A stretch of 63,785 nt of DNA, filler included, from Basidiobolus ranarum (Eukaryota), in the NCBI GenBank assembly GCA_040143965.1. It is 11 parts of 11 records of this genome, joined end to end, with 100 filler letters (N's around TTAATTAATTAA, not from the genome) between each part and the next. Parts side by side here need not be neighbours in the genome. Positions count along the whole stretch, not along the records: positions 52,308 to 57,998 come from JASJQH010001524.1; positions 58,099 to 63,785 come from JASJQH010001525.1; 9 more parts are not named here. One strand, 5' to 3'. The notes beneath the pieces were generated by a model. It was not told the DNA's origin and did no database searches. It worked only from the letters and a program-made list of their open reading frames with translations. Numbering within the stretch: position 1 is the first letter of the stretch; the number at the start of each line of letters is the position of its first letter. Below are positions 53,097 through 63,785 of the stretch, piece by piece. The translations under genes were made by a program, and so were the position numbers.

Positions 53097-56000
53097 TGAC
53101 TTGGAGAATATTTATTTATTACTTAGACCATTTTCATCCACTATTGATAATATTAGATGTTATCGAAATCAGAGTGTTTACCCAATCAATCATATTTAGC
53201 TTACATTTTGAATATCTAGTATTGAAATGTTAATTGCATTTCATTATCAATCCGTTTAGATGATTTAACCTTGTTCCTATTGGTACAAATCATCTAGTAA
53301 AATTTCGGTAATAGTGTAACTATCCTAATTTGTGTATGTGTTTGATGTCAACGAATCAAAATAAAATCATAGTTTCATAAAAATCTTCTTAATACCCTAA
53401 TTTGGACTTAATTGTGATTCTCGATTTGGTTGCTAGCAATGTCCTGCCAAACTCAATACAATCAATTATTTTTCCTTTAGTAGTGGCTTAGCAATACAAA
53501 GAGGAAGCCAAATCGTACTTTTTTACCACCACACTGGCTCTGGCCAATGGTATCGGACTAAATCTGTGATTGTCGATAAGAGGGTGTATAGAATGGGGGT
53601 GGGGTAGAAGAAAAAAATGCCTTCTATCCAATCTGAGATACTGCCGGCAATATGAGTAACGACGCTCATAATACCATCAGTATGATTATCCCACGTTAGG
53701 CCAAAAGCCATGGTTATCTGTGCAACATCTGTATTTTATAGTACTCTTGTAGTATTTCCATATTTTAAATTACTTATATTGAGTAGACTGCTATATATAA
53801 GGATACTTCATGCAAGGGAGTAAATAGCTATATGTCCAATTCCCAGAATAATGTATTTCCAAATATAGCGGAATGCGACTCCGTTGAGCTGGCCATAAGT
53901 AGATTGTTATTACCTGTTGGAAAACTAGACCTGCTTCACCCCATCTAAGAATACAATGAAATCCTTGAATACTTACATTTACGTTCCCAGCTTGATGAGT
54001 TTTACTATCTTTTGGATTATAAGTTGAAGAACTACGTACTTGCCTCAGCCATAGGTCAGTTTTCGATTGCACAACCTGTATCGGGCTGATTTCTCATCTC
54101 GACAGATTTCGAATGCAGGTGCAACAATGGTCGCTAGTCACGTCTGCATTTACAACCAAGAACAAACTTAGGCATTGAAGGTCACGAGATGACTAGTTTC
54201 AATACAACACCACAAGCACCTCAAGCATTGAATTTGTACCTTCACCTATCATCTTAAGATCTTAGATAATTATATGTGAAACAATCTTCTAAAGCCAATC
54301 AAGCGTTTTAGAATATATGTCGAAATTCGTGATTTCTTGGGAGTCAAGGTATCAAAACATTGAAGTTCCACGTCAATTAACATTTTCATTAAGTAATAAG
54401 TTTATAAATGCCTTAAATATATTGCCTTCTCACATTGGGGAATGTGGCTGCCTTTTTATCCCATTTTGTATTGTATTGATGGAAATGGAAACAATAGGCA
54501 GCTCTCTATTCATAGATGTCATTATACTATTGATTATCACTTAATCATTGAATTCCAAGGCGTCATGTTATAGTATGGGACTTCGTATCTAGGGTAACAC
54601 TTGGTAACTGCGCGGTGAGCATATTGCTGTGCCTAATTGTTGTATCGTTTTCACTCGTTGATAAACTCAATGTAGCTGGAGCAGACCTACTAGTCGAGTA
54701 GATTGCTTGTGGAAAGTTTTTTCGTTGGGCGCGAGTTCCAAACATATTTGTTCCAAAATTGTTCTGAGAATTATGAGTTGGAACTAAATAGGTTGCGATA
54801 TAAGAAGTGTACTGTATATTTTCAACAAATAGGATGGAAAGTTGTAAGTGTATCAGTGAGCACACCATTACTAATACAAATAAGATCATATGATCGGATC
54901 GGAAGCTCAAGTTGAATGAGATATGGTTGAGATAACCTAGTTATAGAAACCATTTACGTGTTGATCAATCAGAAATGAGATTAACCAACATGCAGTGCAT
55001 ATCGAAATTTGATGCAAGGGGACTTATTCAAGAAAACCAATAACCGTTCAAATATTGGACAGATGCCTTTGTTGTGGCTTACGAAGGCCAAGTCCGGAAA
55101 AAAGGGCTTCAATTGAAGATACCAAATTCGGTCTTGTCCATTTCAGTATCTATATCGGTCTTGGTTTCGCGAAGCTATTGAAGCATTTGCTAAATGCCAC
55201 AATAGAAGAGCACTCCAAATTGAAGTTACACACATGCATCTTTAACTACGAGTGGCAACGGTTCACACTGGGCCACTATCCCCCAACCGATTGTTCAGTT
55301 ATTATTGACAAAAAGTGTTATTGGTTTTGGCTTTCAAGGCTCCATGGAAGCTGATGTCAATGAGCTATCTGTATTTGGTAGAAACATTGGTGTAGTAATC
55401 AATCGAGCAATACAGGATTTTGTGTTCGAGAAATACCAGATTTTGCGTTCCTGCAAGGTATCAGTTACTACATGGCCACCGTTACCTAGCTACTTTTAAT
55501 ATTAAGTGATCAACCCATCGATTATAATCGATTTTGAAACCGATTAACCTTGGTCTAATCCAGCTGTCACATCTGTTACGGCCACACTAATTTATGGATC
55601 CGTCGCATCCTGATCAAAGCTTGTTTTTCAACTGCAAGCATATGTTTCACTATTCCGACATAACCTGAATTATCTTTGGGAAACGTCTTTACTTATTGTC
55701 CAATGGAAGTCTGTGCTCTATTGAGTTCTCAGTGCTAGACTAGAATTCTAAACTCATTAGCTTTTTGGTCAATCAGTTAAAGGAACGCCTTGTGTGTTAC
55801 AATGTATACTTCATGCCGAGTGGATAAGAAGACTGTGCTACTTCTACACCTCCGGTTCAAATTTTCTACAGACTTACAGTTTCAAATATCAGCAATAAAA
55901 GGATAAAGTTGTCTAGAGTCTTCTCAACATCAACGATAATAATTTTGATAATGTACAAGCAGATGCAGCTATTTCTTAAAACTTTTGCAAGTAACCATGG

Positions 56001-58098
56001 TAAATTCATAAGTCATACTTGTGGATGTGAGCCTCGAAGACACACAAGGCAGTGACTAAATCGAACAGTATAATGTCTGTAGTCAATGGAGAGAATTATG
56101 CTATCTCGATTAAAAGAAACATCACTTTTAGGGTCAATTAAGAGGTAGAAAGGTTTAGAAGAGTTTATGAGCCATGTGTATTTAAAATGAGGAGCTGTCT
56201 CATAGTACAGAGCAGTATTATAATTCTGCAAACCCCAAGTACTTTTTTTGGATCTTTTTGAATGAGGATCCATGCTGGTAGTGAGCTTACCTTGGTCCAG
56301 TCGGTACTATTCCCGAGTTTCTGATTGAATTCTTACCTAAGAATTCATGTGATATCTCGGACAATACATACCTAAGTTAGTTGGACCGGAGAGAGGCCTC
56401 ATTCAAATCCTAGAATACTAAGATTTGTTTTCTTGGTTGCTATTATGGTAGTATTATCCCTAAAGTAACGTGAATGCGTAATGTTAAGGGGGAATATTAC
56501 ATACTGACTACCATTGTCTTTTACTTCTTGACTAATGGCTTTGCCTGATCACGATCTATCCTCGATTTCAGTTCTTTTACGGTGTTTCGGAGTTTATATA
56601 TATTGTGAAACAACTCACGAGTGGATCTTAGCCTGATTTGAAAAATGAAGGAACAAAGACATATATCCGCAATTGGCCAGTACTAGAAAATCACATCTCA
56701 CAAACGTTAATTACTAATGAGCCAAGTACCATTCACATTCACTGAGATATATCCTGATGTACAAAATACCATATTTTATCTGATTCCAGGAACTGACATG
56801 TGACTCAGATTTCCTACATATACTGAGTCATATATTTGTGTATGGTGTCCACCAATGATTTCAGTATCTCCAATTGGAAAAAACTTTGCTATAGCCTAGG
56901 AGCCTAATGTCATTACAGTTTTAGACACTTTCGAGGTGTTGGAAGCGTTTAACATGGTCAGAGGAAATATGATATAGTTGGTGTAGTATAAGCGATATGC
57001 GATGGTTGCGTTCACTTCGGCAAAATGCAAAATGCTGTGGTGGTGGATTTCAAGGGTGTTGATGATGTATGGTTCCATGGGAAGAGTTCAAAAATAGGCC
57101 TTTTCGTAAAAACTCCGTACTACGTCAGAATGATCAATGAAATGATGTATACCGAATGTCTAACATATTAACTAGCTTTTGCATTGTATAAGATATGCGT
57201 GTATGGTAATTTTTGTCATATCGTGGAGTATTATAGAGTGACCTGGAATACACTCATCATATGTGATTTGATAAAAAACGCTTTAATAATGGTTTAAAAT
57301 TGAATTTACACTCCCAAAAATCTTTTGTGCTGCACAAACTTGGATGGCCACCGGTCAATTGTTTCGATCACAATATTGGCGAGGAGGTTTCAGAGTAGTT
57401 TCTCCCGAATTAAAGTGGAGGTATACCAGGATAATTATTACCTGACGTGGCACTATCTTCTGCCTCCTAGAGCCTCCATCTAACTCACGTTGTATGTGTT
57501 TCGTGAGGAATGGGAAATCTGATCAGGTTGCATATTGTGATTCCTATCAGAGTGACAACTAAGTAACACATATGTTATTTCTTCTATCTACATGCAAACA
57601 ACAGATGTAGATATTGCTGCTTGATATTTGGCCATCATTTAGCTGCTTTGTTTCCAGTTGCCTAGTTGTATTTTGGAAAAAGAAAATCACAACCACTATA
57701 AGTGAGTGCAATGGTTACTTTTAGATTTATAGATCCTGAATAGTATTAGTTTATCTAGCATCAAAGTTTACGTATATTTTTGAGATGTTTCATGAATAGG
57801 CCTATACTAGCCCAATTGCAATTTGCTTGCAAAAACCCAGGATAAACCACATGAAATAAGTCAAGAACCTTCAGAGTACTGACTGGTTTTTGGTTTTTCT
57901 GCAATTGGCTCAAATCCAGGTGATTTTGGGCAAGATTCTGCACAGTTTCCAAAATGTTAAACCACTCATCATCAGAGCAAGTGATGGCAGCTCTGACANN
58001 NNNNNNNNNNNNNNNNNNNNNNNNNNNNNNNNNNNNNNNNNNTTAATTAATTAANNNNNNNNNNNNNNNNNNNNNNNNNNNNNNNNNNNNNNNNNNNN

Positions 58099-60068
58099 TT
58101 CCAATGATGATATATATGCTTATGCAGCATTCTGTGACAAGCCAAAGACTCTAGATCAAGCTCTGGAGTGCACAGAATTAAATATATGGGAAAGAGCAAT
58201 GTCAGATGAGTTTTCTTCACTTCAGGTCATTGAACATGGGTTTTACGTCCTCTACCAACAGGGAGAAAGCTAATAGGTTGCAAATGGATCTACAAAGTCA
58301 ATAATCAAGCTGAAGCAACCATAGAAGGGTACAAAGCAAGATTTGTTGCAAAAGGTTATACCTAGACACCAGGAATTAATTTTGATGAAACTTTTGCGCT
58401 AATAGCTAGGTTTAGCTCCATTAGATTGACCATGGCGCTCACAGCTGTCTATAACCATGATTTACATCAGAAGGATATATCAATAGCCTTTTGGAATGGA
58501 AATCTAGAAGAAGAGTTCTATATGGAGCAACCAGTTGGATTTGTTTATTCAAAACACCCTGATATTGTCTGTAAAGTGCAAAAATTGCTCTATGGACTTG
58601 AGCAGGCACCCAGGGCAAGGTATAACAAGATTGATATCTATTTAAAATCACTAAGATACCAAAAATGCACAGTTGATCACTTTTTTTACATGAAAACTAC
58701 CAGAAAGAGGGTCCTTAACTTGGCACTATATGTGGATGACTTGATCATAGCCACAAATGATATAGAAGCACTTGAACTGACAAAAAGCAGCATATCAAAC
58801 CAATTTCTGATGAATGCTATGGGTGAAATCAGTTATTTACTAGAAATCTTAATCAAAAGAGATAGACCCATTAAAAAATTCTTGCTGAATCATGCTAGAT
58901 ACATCCTAGATATTTTAAAATGCTTCAACAAGGAGAATAGCAAGCCAGTATCAACACAAATGGATTCCAATGTTAAATTAATCAAAATATCTTCCAAATT
59001 GGCTCAAAATGACTCAAATCAAAGCCAGGAGCTCCCGTATACATCCATTGTGGGTAGTTTAATGTATACTCTGGCTGGAACACTTCTGGATATTGCTGTG
59101 GCAGTGGGATCTGTCAGGCAATATATCATAAATCAAGGATCTGAGCACGAAACTGCAGTAAAACAGATATTGAGGCATTTGAGAGGAACTTTAGATATAT
59201 TTCTGGAATACTCTGCCATTCCCAATGCACAAAATTTTATGGTGATGCAGACTAGGGAGGAAACCTTGATGATAGAAGATCAACAAATGGGTACACTCTT
59301 CTCTATGGTAATGGAGCCAGAACTTGGAATAGTAAGAAGCAACCAACCAAAGCACTTTCCACTACAGAAGCAGAGTGTATGGCTGCCTCTACTATTACAC
59401 AAGATGCTATATGGTAAAGGTAGTTATTCACAGACTTAAGATACATAAAAAAACATGCTGTTACTACATTTGAAGATGATCAAAGTAGTCTTTTGTTAGC
59501 CAAAAACCCTACATTTTATGCTAGAACAAAACATATAAATATTCAGCATCATTTTGTTAGAGATGCAATATAGAATGACAAAATTTAACTTGTCTGTTGC
59601 CCTACTGAAGAAACAATTGCTGACCTCTAAACAATACCATCAGATAAAGTGCAATTTGAATTATAAATATATAAGTAATGTTTAAGAGAACTACAATTTA
59701 AATAGTTGAGAGGGAATGTTGAAATTAGATGAGTAGCAACTCATCATTTAGTAGTTAGTTTATTCATATTCTGATTATTTAGTATTCTATTTGGTCATTC
59801 CTAAACATGTGCTCATTGCTCTCATTGATATAAATATTAATTAGATCACCTTTACTAATTTTCACTATTTTCTCAAAACATCTCCAAATCACCTCAAAAT
59901 TTCACCCATTCTTAACAAGCTTGTTTGTTATAATCTAAGCAAGTCCAATAGTCCTATTGCATAGTAAACCTAAAATTGGACATATTCAATTCAATAAAAC
60001 TCAAGTATTCAATTCACAACTCTAAATCTTGTGCAAGATACTTCCAAATCCACTAAACACTTTTATCA
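58099..60068 (+). mobile_element. Ty1/Copia remnant: RT, RNase H, PPT, 3' LTR (59717-60068, family B)
   Basis: IGCKWIYKVK-like, RYKARFVAKGY, LYGLEQAPR, LYVDDL, ARTKHINIQHHF; GAGAGGGAA then TGTTG...ATCA 352-bp LTR. Confidence 0.93.
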
Positions 60069-60099
60069 AGTCCATGGGCTCTCCTTTACCTCAAAGTTT

Positions 60100-60798
60100 T
60101 GGTAACACTGCAAAAAGTCAAGATACTATGGAGTTACCACAGTTATATAAGCAGAATGATGTATGTAGAAGTGCAAGTTTGGTTTGACTAGTATGTCTAG
60201 AAGGCATTGAGGGCATGTTGCCGGAAGTTGATCTCACTTATTCCAGTACTGTGGATAGTATATCAGAAGAAGTTAAGAAGAACATGGTGGTTTAATTACA
60301 GACTCTTTGTTATTGTTATTCATTAGTCAGCCCATAAAACCTGCAGTAAATGAAGCAGCTGTGATTAATGAGGAGTAGAGATATTAATCTAATCTTAGCA
60401 ACCAGGTGTATTCTGGTTTTTGTGCACTTTAACCACAGTTAACTGGCAACTGATGTTTGCCACTGACCTGGTACATGTGGAAAACACCTCACAACTTTAT
60501 GACTTATGATTCTTTAATATATTAACTAACTTCATGTCCCAATGGTGGTTAGGCTTTCAGTGATTATCAAAAATACCTAAAGTTGGGTACTATTTACACA
60601 CAATTGGCAAGCACTAAATTAGATAGATATTGCTCATATTTGGCAGACCTATCATTGTGTTCTTGTTTTAGAGTTTTGATGATATCCCCCAAATATTCAT
60701 CAGTGACCTGGTACTAAAGTACTCACCATGATGTTGATGGTATTACCAATACACTTAATAGATATCACTGCTACAATCTGAAAAGTCAAAGTTTCTTT
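60100..60798 (+). mobile_element. CACTA/EnSpm remnant
   Basis: 60690-60798 matches the reverse complement of 30231-30345 within the contig 6 transposase. Confidence 0.6.
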
Positions 60799-61150
60799 TG
60801 TTGAAAACAGAAAAGTAGTAACTCATTATTTAGTAGCTAGTATATGCATATTCTGATTATTTTGCACTCAATTTGGCCATTCCAAAATGTGGTTTTATTG
60901 AACTAAGTGATATTTCTACCAATTAGATCACTTTGACCAAGTCTCAATATATTCTCATAACTCCTCCAAATCACCTCATATTATCACCCATGGTTTACAA
61001 CCATATTTGTTATGTTCTAAGGATGCCCAGTGGTACTACTTCATAGTACACTATAAATAGTACATAATCAATGCAGTAAAGCTCAGGTGTCTGATCCACA
61101 GATCCAAATCTTGTCCAAAATACTTCCTGATTCCTTAAACACTTTTGGCA
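60799..61150 (+). mobile_element. Copia LTR family B, complete 352-bp copy
   Basis: TGTTG...GGCA; colinear with 59717-60068; no target-site duplication seen. Confidence 0.85.
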
Positions 61151-61449
61151 AGGGCTTGCTTTCTGCCAGAAATTTCATTGGTGAGATGATGGCCTTTTGT
61201 TGGTATTAAGATGGTTTTTATACATAACAAATATTGATCATCTTATTTTGCATGCATTGTTAAATTTTTGACAATTATTAGAAAAAATCAGATTTTGAAT
61301 ACACCATGACTGGGTTTCCACCTATGGGTATTTGAGTTTTTATGCATACCTTTATTTAACTACTCTAGGCTTTGTATTCTAGTTATGATGAAAATCTAAA
61401 ATGCAAGAATATTGTGGTGTTTTGTCTCTCCATATGCTCATACTTGACT

Positions 61450-62782
61450 GATGCAAACAGAACAATAATGGAAAAAGCAAGATCAAAGCTTCATAATCAA
61501 GATTTAGCAAAACAGTACTGAACTGAAATGATTGCAACTGCATTATACATTAGGAATAAATCTCCTTCTAGATCTTTATTGACTATGACACCTTATCATG
61601 CTTGATTGGAAAGTTAACCTGATGTGGCTAATATCTGAGTTTTTGGAAGTACCACATATGCAATGATTCCTGAACTGAAGAGATCAAATTAGACTGTAAA
61701 GCCAGACATGCCATTCTTTGGGATATAATGATGGGACAAAAGGGTACAGACTGTATGTCACTGAAAATGAGAGGCTAATTAAGTCAAGGGATGGGGATTT
61801 GCTGAAGAAGAAAATTTTTCTATCAAACAATCCAGGATCAAGAAAAACAAACCAAAATTGATGAAAATTCTCCTTTCTCTCACCAGATCCTGATCAGTAA
61901 AAAAAACATTGAAAATTCCTCACTTGCAGTCTCCTCAACCAAGCCAGAGGTGGTTTTGTTACCTATACTGGTACCAGAAGTTGTAGTGACAATTTCCCAT
62001 CTTAGGAGATCCAATTGGAAGAGATCTCCACCTGATCACTACTCTCAAACTAGCCAAAAGTAGCCCAGTGCTAATTTAGCCTTTTCTGATGAACCCAAAT
62101 CAGTACAGGAGGCTATGAAGAGTGCCAACACAAAGTTTTGGATTGATGGAATGGCAGGGGAGTGTCAGTCACTCATAGATAACCAATCTTGGACTGTGGT
62201 TCAGTTACCTGATGATCAAAAATAAATTGGATACAAATGAATGTTTAAAGTTAAACAGCAAGCTGAAGGATCTGTAGAAAGATATAAAGCCAACTTGTGG
62301 CTAAAGGATATTATCAAATTAAAGGAGTGGACTACACTGAAACATTTGCTCCTATACCAAAGTTTAATTTCTTCAGAACCTTACTAGCAGTAGCAGCAAA
62401 ACACAGCTAAAAAATCTACCAAATAGATGTTCAAGCTGCTTTTATGAATGGGAACTTGGAAGAGGATATTTTCATGGATCCACCAGATGGTTTTGTGGAT
62501 CCTGGATGCCCTGAGGACATGTGTAAACTAGAAGAATCACTTTATAGATGCAAACAATCACCCAGGGCCTGGTACACTAAGATAGACACATAATTGGAAT
62601 CACTTGATTTCCAAAAGAGTATAGTGGGTTTTGGGATCTATTTTAAGGCAGATGAGGACAGTAAAGTGATACTTGTCTTATATGTAGCTGATCTGATTAT
62701 AGCTACCAATAATGATGAAGCTCTCAGGAACACCAATAGAGATCTATCAGTCTAATTCAAGATGACTGATTTAGGTGAACTT
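61450..62782 (+). mobile_element. Ty1/Copia pol remnant (integrase C-terminus and RT), interrupted
   Basis: NRTIMEKARS, YIRNKSP, VFGS, KGYRLY, EPKSVQEA, ERYKA, DVQAAFMNG, LYVADL, FKMTDLGEL then abrupt break. Confidence 0.9.
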
Positions 62783-63785
62783 TGATAGAAGAGTTTTGGA
62801 GATTTGGAAGTGTTTTGGACAAGATTTGGATTTGTGAATTAGACACTTAAGTTTTATTGAATTGAACATGTCCTATTTATAGTTTACTATGAAATAGGAC
62901 TATTGGACATGGTTAGATCATAACAAACATGCCTGTTAAGCATAGATGCAAATTTGAGGTGATTTGGAGAAGTGTTGAGAAAATAGTGAAAATTGGTAAA
63001 AGTGATCTAATTGATATTCTAGCAATTAGAGCAATAAACACACGTATTTGAATGACAGAATTGAGTGCTAAATAATAGGAATACACCAGCTACTAAATAA
63101 TGAGTTGCTCTTTACCTAATTTCAACATTCCCACGCAACTAATTATTTTGTATTTATCTTAAACCTAACTTATATCTTAATAATTCAAATTGTGCTTTAG
63201 CTAAAGGTTTGGTCAAGATATCAGCTATCATTTCTTCAGTAGGGCAAAAGACAAGTTCAATTATATCATTTTCTATTGCTTTCTCTAACAAAATGATGCC
63301 TAATATCTATATGTTTTGTTCTAACATGAAATGTAGGATTTTTAGCTAATCAAATAGAAGTTTGATTATCTTCAAATACAGTAATAGCATGTTTTTGCAT
63401 GTATCCTAAGTGTGTAAATAACTTCCTTAATCACATAGCTTCTGGTGTACTAGTAGAGGCAGCCATATACTCTGCTTCTGTAGTGGAAAGTGCTATGGTT
63501 GGTTGCTTCTTACTATTCCAAGTTATGGCTCCATTACCATAGAGAAAAGTGTATCCAGTTGTTGATCTTCTATCATCAAGGTTTCTTCCCCAGTCTGCAT
63601 CACTGTAGCCTTCAAAATTTTGTGCATCAGGAGTGGCAGAGTATTCCAGAACTAGATCTACAGTTCCTCTCAAATACCTGAATATTTGTTTTACTGCAGT
63701 TTTGTGCTCAGATCCTGGATTTTTGAGGTATTGACTGACAGTTCCCACTGCTACAGCAATGTCTGGACGTGTTCCAACCATTGTA
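62783..63785 (-). mobile_element. Ty1/Copia 3' end (RT/RNase H, PPT, 3' LTR 63127-62783) inserted in opposite orientation
   Basis: TRPDIAVAV, GYSDADWG, SKKQPTIALSTTEAEY, TKHIDIRHHF, IADILTKPL; LTR TGTTG...ATCA of family B. Confidence 0.93.

Noticed and set aside
53500..57998. Scattered 60-115 aa ORFs, some hydrophobic, including a GDSGP string
   Set aside because: No coherent spliced model or family motif could be built; may hide a decayed gene but not supportable
59717..61150. Two same-orientation LTRs 730 bp apart as a TRIM/mini-retrotransposon
   Set aside because: The first is the 3' LTR of the upstream Copia, the copies are quite diverged, the interior is EnSpm-derived, and there is no PPT before the second LTR or TSD

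Overview
Eukaryotic (fungal) genomic DNA, not one locus. The window is 11 unrelated contigs of steadily decreasing length (5732, 5729, 5726, 5715, 5710, 5706, 5699, 5696, 5694, 5691, 5687 bp) joined by an artificial 100-bp spacer (44 N + TTAATTAATTAA + 44 N), so adjacency across spacers has no biological meaning. Short GT-AG introns, two chitin synthases, CBM18-containing chitin deacetylases and METTL5 suggest an early-diverging fungus (Zoopagomycota/Mucoromycota-like; inference). Recognisable genes: OCA1-type phosphatase, PKA catalytic subunit, bacterial-like GNAT, two chitin synthase 3' ends, METTL5, a divergent RPB2, YjlB-like cupin, AAAP amino-acid transporter, a tail-to-tail chitin deacetylase pair, RPS7 5' end, HST2/SIRT2 sirtuin, QCR2 3' end, plus several orphans. 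Pseudogenes: an NRPS-like adenylation domain and a sphingolipid C9-methyltransferase. Contigs 6 and 11 and the end of contig 5 are nests of decayed Copia, Ty3/Gypsy and CACTA/EnSpm elements. Best leads: (1) near-total, repeat-restricted CpG loss, pointing to a methylation/deamination genome defence; (2) an intact but unusually substituted RPB2 that may be a specialised paralogue; (3) a heat-shock-element array plus TATA inside the retroelement nest; (4) a large orphan protein made of a ~40-aa QQ coiled-coil repeat; (5) a quinone-synthetase-type NRPS-like relic and an intronless bacterial-type GNAT. No complete novel system can be demonstrated from this window alone. All coordinates and comparisons were made by eye.
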